64,000 bases of DNA from Eledone cirrhosa (lineage: Eukaryota), in the NCBI GenBank assembly GCA_964016885.1, contig OZ024741.1, forward strand, positions 407,402,001 through 407,466,000. Reading direction: 5' to 3'. The translations under genes and the position numbers were made by a program. Below the pieces are notes generated by a model that worked only from the letters and a program-made list of their open reading frames with translations, was not told the origin of the DNA and ran no database searches. Within the stretch, counting starts at the first letter, position 1. Each line of letters opens with the position of its first letter. Below are positions 14,901 to 29,900 of this stretch, piece after piece.

Positions 14901-17900
14901 AGTTACTATCTAGACTTATTACAGAATCTACTGCCTATAGTTGTTATCGAGACGCATCACAGTATCTACTGTCTATAGTTAGTAACTAGACTCACCACAG
15001 AATCTACTGCCTATATTTGTTATCTAGACTCACCATAGAATCTACTTCCCATAGTTAGTATCTAGAATTATTACAGAATCTACTGCCTATAGTTAGTATC
15101 TAGACTCATCAGAGTATCTACTGACTATAGTTAGTATCTAGTCTTATTACAGAATCTACTGCCTATAGTTGTTATCTAGACAAATTACAGAATCTACTGC
15201 CTATAGTTGTTATCTAGACTCACCACAGAATCTACTGCCTACACTTGTTATCTAGGCGCACCACAGAATCTACTGTCTATAGTTAGTATCTAGACTTATT
15301 ATAGAATCTACTGCCTATAGTTGTTATCTAGACTCATAACAGAATCTACTGTCTATAGTTAGTATCTAGACTCACCACACAATCTACTGCCTATAGATGT
15401 TATCTAGACTCACAACACAATCTACTGACTGTAGTTAGTATCTAGACTTATTACAGAATATACTGCTTATAGTTAGTATCTACACTTATTACAGAATCTA
15501 CTGCCAATAGTTGTTATCTAGGCTCATCACAGATTCTACTGTCTATAGTTAGTATCTAGATTCACCACATAATCTAGTGCCTATCGTTGTTATCTAGACT
15601 CATACACAGAATCTACTGCCTATAATTAGTATCTAGTCCCCTCACAGAATCTACTGTTATAGTCAGTGTCTAGACGCACCACAGAATCTACTGCCTATAG
15701 TTGTTTTCCTAGAATCATCGTAGAATCTACTGACTATAATTCGTATCTAGACTCACCACATCATCTACTGCCTATAGTTGTTATCTAGACTCATCACAGA
15801 ATATACTGCCTATAGTTAGTATCTAGTCTCATCACAGAATCTACTGACTATAATTGTTATCTAGTCTCATACCAGAATCTACTGTCTATAGCTAGTATCT
15901 AGACTCACCACAGAATCTACTGCCTATAGTTGTTATCTAGACTCACCACAGAATCTACTGCCTATAGTTAGTATCTAGACTTATTACAGAATCTACTGCC
16001 TATAGTTAGTAACTTGACTTAACACAGAATCTACTGCCGATAGTTGTTATCTAGACTTATACAGAATCTACTGCCTATAGTTGTTATCTAGACTCACCAC
16101 AGAATCTACTGCCTATAGTTAGTATCTAGACTTATTACAGAATCTACTGCCTACAGTTGTTAACTAGACTCACCACAGAATCTACTGCCTATAGTTTTTA
16201 TCTAGACTCACTGCAGAATCCACTGGCTATAGTTGTTATCTAGACTTCTTACAATATCTACTGCCTATAGTTGTTATCTAGACTCACCACAGAAGCCACT
16301 GGCTATAGTTGTTATCTAGACTTATTACAGAATCTACTCTCTATAGTTAGTAGCTAAACTTTCCACAGAATCTACTGCCTATAATTAGTATCTTGACTTA
16401 TCACAGAATCTACTGTCTATAGTTAGTATCTAGACTCACCACAGAATCTACTGCCTATAGTCAGTACCTAGACTCACCACAGATTATAGTTCCTATAGTT
16501 GTTATCTAGACTCACCACATAATCTACTACCTATATTTAGTAAGTAGACTCACCACAGAATCTACTGCCTATAGTTAGTATCTAGATTCACCATAGACTC
16601 TACTGCCTATAGTTCTTATCTAGACTCACCACAGAATCTACTGCCTATAGATAGTATCTAGACTCAGCGCAGAATCTACTGACTATGGTTGTTATCGAAA
16701 CTGACCACAGAAACTACTGCCTATAGTCGTTATCTAGACTCATGCCAGAATCTACTGTATGTAGCTAGTATTAGACTCACCACAGAATCTAATGGCTATA
16801 GTTGTTATCTAGACACTTCACAGAATCTACTGACTATAATTAGTATCTAGAATTATTACAGAATCTACTGCCTATAGTTGTTAACTAGACTCACCACAGA
16901 ATCTACTGTCTATAATTTTTATCTTGACTCACTGCAGAATCCACTGGCTATAGTTGTTATCTAGACTTATTACAGAATCTACTGTATATAGTTAGTAGCT
17001 AGACTTACCACATAATCTACTGCCTATAATTAGTATCAAGACTCATCACAGAATCCTACTGTCTATAGTTAGTATCTAGATTCACCACAGAATCTACTGC
17101 CTATAGTTGTTATCTAGAGACTCATCACAGAATGTACTGCCTATAGTTAGTATCTAGTCTCATCACATAATCTACTGACTATAGTTGTTATCTAGTCTCA
17201 TATCAGAATCTACTGTCTATAGCTAGTATCTAGACTCACCACAGAATCTACTGCCTATAGTTGTTATCTAGACTCACCACAGAATCTACTGCCTATAGTT
17301 AGTAGCTAGACATATTACAGAATCTACTGCCTATAGTTGTTATCTAGACTCAATGCAGAATCCAAGGGCTATAGTTGTTATCTAGAATTACTACAGTATC
17401 TACTGCCTATAGTTGTTATCTAGACTCACCACAGAAGCCACTGGCTATAGTTGTTATCTAGACTTATTACAGAATCTAATCTCTATAGTTAGTAGCTAGA
17501 CTTACCACAGAATCTACTTCCTATAATTAGTATCAAAACTCATCACAGAATCTACTGTCTCATGGTTAGTATCTAGACTCACCACAGAATCTACTGCCTA
17601 TAGTTGTTATCTAGACTCATAACAGAATCTACTGCCTATAGTTAGTGTCTAGACTCACCAGAGAATATACTGCCTATAGTTAGTATCTATACTCAACACA
17701 GAATCTAGTTCCTATAGCTGTTATCTAGACTCACCACATAATCCACTACCTACATTTAGTAAGTAGACTCACCACAGAGTCTACTGCCTATAGTTAGTAT
17801 CTAGATTCACCAGAGAATCTATTACCTATAGTTGTTATCTAGATTTACCACAGAATCTACTGTCTATACTTAGTAACTAGACACACCACAGAATCTGTAG

Positions 17901-20900
17901 CCTATAGTTAGTATCTAGACTCACCATAGACTCTACTGCCTATAGTTGTTATCTAGACTCACCACAGAATTTACTGCCTATAGATATTATCTAGAATCAC
18001 CACAGAATCTACTGACTATAGTTGTTATCTAGATTCACCACATAATCTACTGCCTATAGTTGTTATCTAGACTTATTACAGAATATACTGCCTATAGTTG
18101 TTATCTAGACTCATTACAGAATCTACTGTCTATAGCTAGTATCTAGACTCACCACAGAATCTACTGCCTATAGTTGTTATCTAGACTCACCACAGAATCT
18201 ACTGCCTATAGTTAGTATCTAGACTCACCACAGAACCTAGTTCCTATAGTTGTTATCTAGACTCACCACAGAATCTACTACCTATCGTTTTTATCTAGAC
18301 TCACTGCAGAATCCACGGCCTATAGTTGTTGTCTAGACTTATTACAATATCTACTACCTATAGTTGTTATCTAGACTCATAACAGAATCTGATGTTTATA
18401 GCTAGTATCTAGACTCACCACAGAATCTACTGCCTATAGTTGTTATCTAGACTCACCACAGAATCTACAGACTATAATTAATATCTAGACTTATTACAGA
18501 ATCTACTGCCTATAGTTGTTAACTAGACTCACCACAGAATCTACTGCCTATCGTTTTTATCTAGACTCACTGCAGAATCCACGGGCTATAGTTGTTATCT
18601 AGAATTATTACAATATCTACTGCCTATAGTTGTTATCTAGACTCATCACAGAAGCCACTGGCTATAGTTGTTATCTAGACTTATTACAGAATCTACTCTC
18701 TATAGTTAGTAGCTAGACTTACCACAGAATCTACTGCCTATAATTAGTATCAAAACTCATCACAGAATCTACCGTCTATAGTTAGTATCTAGACTCACCA
18801 CAGAATCTACTGCCTATAGTTGTTTTCCTAGACTCATCATAGAATCTACAGACTATAATTCGTATCTAGACTCACCACATCATCTACTGCCTATAGTTGT
18901 TATCTAGACTCATCACAGAATCTACTGCCTATAGTTGTTATCTAGTCTCATACCAGAATCTACTGTCTATAGCTAGTATCTAGACTCACCACAGAATCTA
19001 CTGCCTATAGTTGTTATCTAGACTCACCACAGAATATACTGCCTATAGTTAGTACCTAGACTTATTACAGAATCTACTGCCTATAGTTGTTATCTAGACT
19101 CATTACAGAATCTACTGTTTATAGCTAGTATCTAGACTCACCACAGAATCTACTGGCTATAGTTGTTATCTAGACTCATCACAGAATCTACTGACTATAA
19201 TTAGTATCTAAACTTATTACAGAATCTACTGCCTTTAGTTGTTAAATAGACTCACCACAGAATCTACTGCCTATCCTTTTTATCTAGACTCAATGCAGAA
19301 TCCACGGGCTATAGTTGTTATCTAGACTCACCACAGAAGCCACTGGCTATAGTTGTTATCTAGACTTATTACAGAATCTACTCTCTATAGTTCGTAGCTA
19401 GACTTACCACAGAATCTACTGCCTATAATTAGTATCAAAGCTCATCACAGAATCTACTGCCTATAGTTAGTATCTAGTCTCATTACAGAATCTACTGACT
19501 ATAGTTGTTATCTAGTCTCATACCAGAATCTACTCTCTATAGCTAGTATCTAGACTCACCACAGAATCTACTGCCTATTGTTGTTATCTTGACTCACCCC
19601 AGAATATACTGCCTATAGTTAGTATCTAGACTTATTACAGAATCTACTGGCTATAGTTGTTATCTAGACTCATCACAGAATCTACTGACTATAATTAGTA
19701 TCTAAACTTATTACAGAATCTACTGCCTATAGTTGTTAAATAGACTCACCACAGAATCTACTGCCTATCCTTTTTATCTGGACTCACTGCAGAATCCACG
19801 GGCTATAGTTGTTATCTAGACTTATTACAATATCTACTGCCTATAGTTGTTATCTAGACTCACCACAGAAGCCACTGGCTATAGTTGTTATCTAGACTTA
19901 TTACAGAATCTACTCTCTATAGTTCGTAGCTAGACTTACCACAGAATCTACTGCCTATAATTAGTATCAAAACTCATCACAGAATCTATTGTCTATAGTT
20001 AGTATCTAGACTCACCTCAGAATCTACTGCCTATAGTTGTTATCTAGACTCATAACAGAATCTACTGCCTATAGTTACTGTCTAGACTCACCACAGAATC
20101 TACTACCTATATTTAGTAAGTAGACTCACCACAGAATCTACTGCCTATAGTTAGTATCTAGATTCACCAGAGAATCTATTACCTATAGTTGTTATCTAGA
20201 TTCACCACAGAATCCATTGTCTATACTTAGTAACTAGACAAACCACAGAATCTACTGACTATAGTTGTTATCTAGATTCACCACATAATATACTGCCTAT
20301 AGTTGTTATCTAGACTTATTACAGAATCTACTGCCTATAGTTGTTATCTAGACTCATACCAGAATCTACTGTGTATAGCTAGTATCTAGACTCACCACAG
20401 TATCTACTGCCTATAGTTAGTATCTAGACTCACCACAGAACCTAGTTCCTATAGTTGTTATCTAGACTCACCACAGAATATACTACCTATATTTAGTATG
20501 TAGACTCACCACAGAATTTACTGCCTATAGTTCTTATCTAGATTCACCACAGAATACACTGCCTATAGTTGTTATCTAGATTTATTACAGAATCTACTGC
20601 CTATAGATGTTATCTAGACTTATTACAGAATCTACTGACTATAATTAGTATCTAGACTTATTACAGAATGTAATGCCTATAGTTGTTAACTAGACTCACC
20701 ACAGATTCTACTGCCTACAGTTGTTATCTAGACTCACCACAGAATATACTGTCTCTAATTAGTATCTAGACTTATCACAGAATCTACTGCCTATAGATAG
20801 TATCTAGACTCACCACAGAATCAACTGCCTATACTTAGTATCTAGACATAACACAGAATTTACTACCTATAGTTTTAATCTAGACTGAGTGCAGAATCCA

Positions 20901-23900
20901 TTGGCTATAGTGGTTATCTAGACTTATTACAGAATCTACTGCCTATAGTTAGTAGCTAGACTTACCGCGGAATCTACTGCCTATAATTAGTATCTTGACG
21001 CATCAGAGAATCTACTGTCTATAGTTAGTATCTAGACTCACCATAGAATCTAGTGCCTATAGTTAAAATCTAGACTCACCACAGAATCTACTGCATATAG
21101 TTAGTATCTAGACACACCATAGTATCTACTGCCTATAGTTGTTATCTAGACGACTCACCACAGAATCTACTGCCTATAGATAGTCTCTAGACTCACCACA
21201 GAATATACTGCCTATAGTTAGTATCTAGACTTACCACAGAATATACTGCGTATAGTTAGTATCTAGTCTCACCACAGAATCAACTGCCTATAGTTAGTGT
21301 GTAGACTTACCACAGAATCTACTGCCTATAGTTCGTATCTAGACTCACCACAGAATCTACTACCTATAGTTGTTATCTAGACTCCCCATAGAATATACTG
21401 CCTATAGTTGTTATCTAGACTCACCACAGAATGTACTGCCTATAGATAGTATTTAGACTTACCACAGAATCTAGTGACTATAGTTGTTATCTAGACTCAC
21501 CACAGAATCTACTGCCGATAGTTGTTATCTAGACTTATTACAGAATCTACTCCTATAGTTGTTATCTAGACACATAACAGAATCTACTGTTTATAGCTAG
21601 TATTAGACTCACCACAGAATCCACTGGCTATAGTTGTTATCTAGACTCTTCACAGAATCTACTGACTATAATTAGTATCTAGACTCACTGCAGAATCCAC
21701 TGGCTATTGTTGTTAACTAGACTTATTACAATATCTACTGCCTATAGTTGTTATCTAGACTCACCACAGAATCCACTGACTATAGTTGTTATCGAGACTT
21801 ATTACAGAATCTACTGTCTATAGTTAGTAGCTAGACTTACCACATAATCTACTGCCTATGATCAGTATCAAAACTCATCACAGAATCCTACTGTCTATAG
21901 TTAGTATCTAGACTCACCACAGAATCTACTGCCTATAGTTGTTATCTAGACTTATTACAGAATCTACTGCCTATAGTTGTTATCTAGACTCATACCAGAA
22001 TCTACTGTCTATAGTTAGTATCTACACTTATTACAGAATCTAGTGCCTATAGTTGTTATCTAGACTCATCACATAATCTACTCTCTATAGTTAGTATCTA
22101 GATTCGCCACAGAATCTACGGCCTATCATTGTTATGTAGACTCACCACAGAATCTACTGTCTATAGTTAGTATCTAGTCTTATTACAGAATCTACCGCCA
22201 ATAGTTAGTATCTTGACTTAACACAGAATCTGCTGCCTATAGTTGTTATCTAGACTTACTACAGAATCTACTGACTATAATTAGTATCTAGACTTATTAC
22301 AGAATCTACTGCCTATAGTTGTTATGTAGACTCATAACAGAATCTACTGCCTATAGTTAGTATCTAGAGTCACCACAGAATCTACTGCCTATAGTTAGTA
22401 TCTAGACTCACCACAGAATCAACTTCCTATAGTTAGTATCTAGACTCACCACAGAATCCACTGGCTATAGTTGTTATGTAGACATATTACAGAATCTACT
22501 GCCTATAGTAAGTAGCTAGACTTACCAAAGAATCTACTCCCTATAATTAGTATCTTGGCTCATCACAGAATTTAATGCCTACAGTTGTTATCTAGACTCA
22601 CCACAGTTTCTACTCCCTATCTTTAATATATAGAGTCACCATAGAATCTGCTGCCTATAGTTAGTATCTAGAATCACCACAGAATCTACTGCCTATAGTT
22701 AGTATCTAGACTCACCACAGAATCAACTGCCTATAGTTAGTGTATAGAATCTACACAGAATCTACTGCCTATAGTTAGTATCTAGACTCACCACAGAATC
22801 TAGTTCCTATAGTTGTTATCTAGACTCACCACATAATCTACTACCTATATTTAGTAATTAGACTCACCACAGAATCTACTGCCTATAGTTAGTATCTAGA
22901 TTCACCACAGAATCTACTGCCTATTCTTAGTAACTAGACACACCACAGAATCTATAGCCTATAGTTAGTATCTAGACTAACAATAGACTCAACTGCTTAT
23001 AATTGTTATCTAGACTCACCACAGAATGTACTGCCAATAAATAGTATCTAGAATCACCACAGAATCTACTGACTATAGTTGTTTTCTAGACTCACCACAT
23101 AATCCACTGGCTATAGTTGTTATCTAGACTCACCACAGAATCTACTGCCTACAGTTGTTATCTAGACTTATTACAGAATATACTGCCTATAGTTGTTATC
23201 TAGACTCATCACAGAATCTACTGCCTATAGTTTTCATCTAGACACACTGCAAAATCCACTATCTATAATTGTTATCTAGACTTATTACAATCTACTGACT
23301 ATAGTTGTTATCTAGACTCACCACAGAATCCAATGGCTATAGTTGTTATCTAGACTTATTACAGAATCTACTGTCTATAGTTAGTATCTAGACTCACCAC
23401 AGAATCAACTGCCTATACTTAGTATCTAGACATAACACAGAATTTACTGCCTATAGTTTTAATCTAGACTGAGTGCAGAATCCATTGGCTATAGTGGTTA
23501 TCTAGACTTATTACAGAATCTACTGCCTATAGTTAGTAGCTAGACTTACCGCGGAATCTACTGCCTATAATTAGTATCTTGACGCATCAGAGAATCTACT
23601 GTCTATAGTTAGTATCTAGACTCACCATAGAATCTAGTGCCTATAGTTAAAATCTAGACTCACCACAGAATCTACTGCATATAGTTAGTATCTAGACACA
23701 CCATAGTATCTACTGCCTATAGTTGTTATCTAGACGACTCACCACAGAATCTACTGCCTATAGATAGTCTCTAGACTCACCACAGAATATACTGCCTATA
23801 GTTAGTATCTAGACTTACCACAGAATATACTGCATATAGTTAGTATCTAGTCTCACCACAGAATCAACTGCCTATAGTTAGTGTGTAGACTTACCACAGA

Positions 23901-26900
23901 ATCTACTGCCTATAGTTAGTGTGTAGACTTACCACAGAATCTAGTGACTATAGTTGTTATCTAGACTCACCACAGAATCTACTGCCGATAGTTGTTATCT
24001 AGACTTATTACAGAATCTACTCCTATAGTTGTTATCTAGACACATAACAGAATCTACTGTTTATAGCTAGTATTAGACTCACCACAGAATCCACTGGCTA
24101 TAGTTGTTATCTAGACTCTTCACAGAATCTACTGACTATAATTAGTATCTAGACTCACTGCAGAATCCACCGGCTATTGTTGTTATCTAGACTTATTACA
24201 ATATCTACTGCCTATAGTTGTTATCTAGACTCTTCACAGAATCCACTGACTATAGTTGTTATCGAGACTTATTACAGAATCTACTGTCTATAGTTAGTAG
24301 CTAGACTTACCACATAATCTACTGCCTATGATCAGTATCAAAACTCATCACAGAATCCTACTGTCTATAGTTAGTATCTAGACTCACCACAGAATCTACT
24401 GCCTATAGTTGTTATCTAGACTTATTACAGAATCTACTGCCTATAGTTGTTATCTAGACTCATACCAGAATCTACTGTCTATAGTTAGTATCTACACTTA
24501 TTACAGAATCTAGTGCCTATAGTTGTTATCTAGACTCATCACATAATCTACTCTCTATAGTTAGTATCTAGATTCGCCACAGAATCTACTGCCTATCATT
24601 GTTATGTAGACTCACCACAGAATCTACTGTCTATAGTTAGTATCTAGTCTTATTACAGAATCTACCGCCAATAGTTAGTATCTTGACTTAACACAGAATC
24701 TGCTGCCTATAGTTGTTATCTAGACTTACTACAGAATCTACTGACTATAATTAGTATCTAGACTTATTACAGAATCTACTGCCTATAGTTGTTATCTAGA
24801 CTCACCACAGTTTCTACTCCCTATCGTTAATATATAGAGTCACCATAGAATCTGCTGCCTATAGTTAGTATCTAGAATCACCACAGAATCTACTGCCTAT
24901 AGTTAGTATCTAGACTCACCACAGAATCAACTGCCTATAGTTAGTGTATAGAATCTACACAGAATCTACTGCCTATAGTTAGTATCTAGACTCACCACAG
25001 AATCTAGTTCCTATAGTTGTTATCTAGACTCACCACATAATCTACTACCTATATTTAGTAATTAGACTCACCACAGAATCTACTGCCTATAGTTAGTATC
25101 TAGATTCACCACAGTATCTACTGCCTATTCTTAGTAACTAGACACACCACAGAATCTATAGCCTATAGTTAGTATCTAGACTAACAATAGACTCAACTGC
25201 TTATAATTGTTATCTAGACTCACCACAGAATGTACTGCCAATAAATAGTATCTAGAATCACCACAGAATCTACTGACTATAGTTGTTTTCTAGACTCACC
25301 ACATAATCCACTGGCTATAGTTGTTATCTAGACTCACCACAGAATCTACTGCCTACAGTTGTTATCTAGACTTATTACAGAATATACTGCCTATAGTTGT
25401 TATCTAGACTCATCACAGAATCTACTGCCTATAGTTTTCATCTAGACACACTGCAAAATCCACTATCTATAATTGTTATCTAGACTTATTACAATCTACT
25501 GACTATAGTTGTTATCTAGACTCACCACAGAATCCAATGGCTATAGTTGTTATCTAGACTTATTACAGAATCTACTGTCTATAGTTAGTAGCTAGACTCA
25601 CCACAGAATCATCTGCCTGTAGTTAGTATCTAGACTCACCATAGAATCTACTGCCTTTAGTTTTTATATAGACTCACTGCAGAATCCACTGGCTATAGTT
25701 GATATCTAGACTTATTACAGAATCTACTGCCTATAGTTAGTAGTTAGACTTACCACAGAATCTACTGCCTATAATTAGTATATTGTCTCATCACAGAATC
25801 TACTGTCTATAGTAGGTATCTAGACACACCACAGAATCTACTGCCTATAGTTGTTATCTACTCTCACTACATAATCTACTGCCTATATTTAGTATCTAGA
25901 CTCACCATAGAATCTACTGCCTATAGTTGTTATCTAGACTCACCACAGAATCTACTGCCTATAGATAGTCTCTAGACTTACCACAGAATCTACTGACTAT
26001 AGTTGGTATCTAAACTCACCACATAATCTACTGCCTATAGTTGTTATCTAGACTTATTACAGAAACTACTGCGTATAGTTGTTATCTAGACGCATACCAG
26101 AATCTACTGTCTATAGCTAGTATCTAGACTCACCACAGAATCTACTGCCTATAGTTGTTATCTAGACTCACCACAGAATCTACTGACCGTAGTTAGTATC
26201 TAGACTTATTACATTATCTACTGCCTATAGTTGTTATCTAGACTCATCACAGAATCTTCTGTCTATAATTAGTATCTAGATTCACCACAGAATCTGCTGT
26301 CTATCGTTATGTAGACTCACCGCAGAATCTACTGCCTATAGTTAGTATCTAGACTCACCACAGAATCTACTGCCTATATATTGTTATCTAGACTCACCAC
26401 AGAATCAACTGCCTATCGTTAGTATCTAGGATCACCATAGAATCAACTGCCTATAGTTGTTATCTAGACTCACCTCGGAATCTACTGCCTATAGTTCGTA
26501 GCTAGACTCACCACAGAATCTACTGCCTATAGTTGTTATCTAGAATCATAACAGAATCTACTGCCTATAGTTGTTATATAGACTCACCACAGAATCTACT
26601 GACTGTAGTTAGTATCTAGACTTATTACAGAATATTCTGCCTATAGTTAGTATCTACACTTATTACATTATCTACTGCCTATAGTTGTTACCTAGACTCA
26701 TCACAGAATCTACTGTCTATAGTTAGTGTCTAGATTCACCACAGAATCTGCTGTCTATCGTTATGTAGACTCACCATAGAATCTACTGCCTATAGTTAGT
26801 ATCTAGACTCACCACAGAATCTACTGCGTATATATTGTAATCTAGTCTCACCACAGAATCTACTGCCTATAGTTAGTATCTAGACTCACTACAGAATCAA

Positions 26901-29900
26901 CTGCTTGTAGTTAGTACCTAGACTCACCCCAGAATCTTATACTTATAGTTAGTATCTAGACTCACCAGAGAACCTAGTTCCTATAGTTCTTATATAGAAT
27001 CACCAGAGAATCTACTACCTATATTTAGTATGTAGACTCACCACAGAATTTACTGCCTATAGTTCTTATCTACACTCACCAAAGATTCTACTGCCTATAG
27101 ATAGTATCTAGACTTACCATAGAATCTACTGACTATAGTTGTTATCTAGACTCACGACAGAATCTACTGACTGTAGTTAGTATCTAGATTTATTACAGAA
27201 TCTACTGCGTATAGTTAGTAGCTAGACATACCGCAGCATCTACTGTCTTTAGTTAGTATCTAGAGTCACCACTGAATCTAATGCCTATAGTTGTTATCTA
27301 GACTCATAACAGAATCAACTGCCTATATTTAGTATCTAGACTCACCACAGAATCTACTGATATAGTTTTTATCGAGACTCACTGCTGAATCCACTGGCTA
27401 TAGTGGTTAACTTGACTTATTGCAATATCTACTGCCTATAGTTGTTATATTGACTTACCACAGAATCTACTGCCTATAGTTAGTAGCTAGACTTACCAAA
27501 GAATCTACTGCCTATAATTAATATCTTGACTTATCACAGAATCTACTGTCTATAGTAGGTATCTACACTCACCACAGAATCTACTGCCTATAGTTGTTAT
27601 CTAGACACACCACAGAATCTACTGCCTATAGTTAGTACCTAGACTCATCACAGAATCTACTGCCTATAGTTGTTATCTAGACTCAACACAGAATCTACTG
27701 CCTATAGATAGTATCTAGACACACTACAGCATCTACTGACTATAGGTGTTATCTAGATTCACCACAGAATCTACTGCCTAGAGTTGTTTTCTAGACTTAT
27801 TACAGAATCTACTCCCTATAGTTGTTATCTAGACGCAAACCATAATCTACTGTCTATAGCAAGTATCTAGACTCACCACAGAATCTACTGCCTATAGTTG
27901 CTATCTAGACTCAGCACAGAATCTACTGAGTGTAGTTAGTATCTAGATTTATTACAGAATCTACTGCGTATAGTTAGTAGCTAGACATACCGGAATATTT
28001 ACTGCGTATAGTTAGTATCTAGACTCACCATAGAATCAACTGCCTATAGTTGTTATCTAGACTCATAACAGAATCTACTGCCTATAGTTAGTATCTAGAC
28101 TCACCAGAGTATCAACTGCCTATAGTTAGTGTGTAGACTCACCACAGAATCTACTGCCTATAGTTAGTATCTTGACTCCCCATAGAATCTACTGCCTATA
28201 GTTGTTATCTAGCCTCATACCAGAATCTACTGTCTATAGCTAGTATCTAGACTCACCACAGAATCAACAGCCTATAGTTGTTATCTAGACTCATAACAGA
28301 ATCTAATGCCTATAGTTAGTGTCTAGACTCACCACAGAATCTACTGCCTTTAATTAGTATCTAGATTCACCACAGAATCAACTACCTATAGTTAGTATCT
28401 AGACTCACCACAGAATCTACTGCCTATAGTTTTTATATAGACTCACTGCAGAATCTACAGGCTATAGTGTTTAAATAGACGTATTACAATATCTACTGCC
28501 TATAGTTGGTATATAGACTCACCACAGAATCCAATGGCTATAGTTGTTATCTAGACTTATTACAGAATCTACTGTCTATCGTTAGTAGCTAGACTAACCA
28601 GAGAATCTACTGCCTATAATTATATCTAGACTCATTTACAGAATGTACTGTCTATAGTTAGTATCTAGACTCACCACAGAATCCACTGACTATAGTTATT
28701 ATCTAGACTTATTACAGAATGTACTGCCTATAGTTAGTAGCTAGACTTACCACATAATCTACTGCTTATAATTAGTATCTTGACTTATCACAGATTTTAC
28801 TGTCAATAGTAGGTATCTAGACTCATCACAGAATCTACTGCCTATAGTTGTGGTCTAGACTCAGCACAGAATCTACTGCCTATAGTTAGTATCTAGACTC
28901 ATCATAGAATCTACTGCCTATAGTTGTTATCTAGACTCAACACAGAATCTACTGCCTATAGTTGTTATCTCGACGCACACCAGAATCTACTGTCTATAGC
29001 TAGTATCTAGACTCACCACAGAATCTACTGCCTATAGTTGTTATCTAGATTCACCACGGAATCTACTGACTGTAGTTAATATCTACACTTATTACAGAAT
29101 CTACTGCCTATAGTTAGTATCTAGATTCAGCACAGCATCTGCTGCCTATCGTTGTTATGTAGACTCACCACATAATCTACTGCCTATAGTTCGTATCTAG
29201 ACTCACTGTGAATCTACTGCCTGTAGTTGTTATCTAGACACATAACAGAATCAACTACCTATAGTTAGTATCTAGACTCACCACAGAATCAACTACCTAT
29301 ATTTATTATGTAGACTCACCACAGAATCTACTGCCTATAGTTGTTATTTAGATTCACCATAGAATCTACTGCATTTAGTTAGTATCTAGACTCACCACAG
29401 AATCTATAGCCTATAGTTAGTATCTAGACTCACCACAGAATCTACTGCCTTTAGTTGTTATCGAGACTCACCACAGGTTCTATTGCCTATCGTTAGTATC
29501 TAGACTCACCATAGAATCTACTGCCTATAGTTGTTATCTAGACTCACCAAATAATTTACTGCCTATAGTTCGTACCTAGACTCACCACAGAATCTAATGC
29601 CTATAGTTGTTATCTAGACTCATAACAGAATCTACTGCCTATAGTTAGTATCTTGACTCACCACAGAATCTACTGCCTATAGTTAGTATCTAGACTCACC
29701 ACATAATCTACTGACTGTAGTTAGTATATAGACTTATTAGAGAATCTACTGCCTATAGATAGTATCTACACTTATTACAGAATCTACTGCCTATAGTTGT
29801 TATCTAGCCTCATCACAGAATCTACTGCCTATAGATGTTATCTAGACTCACCACAGAATCTACTGACTATAGTTGTTATCTAAATTCACCACAGAATCTA

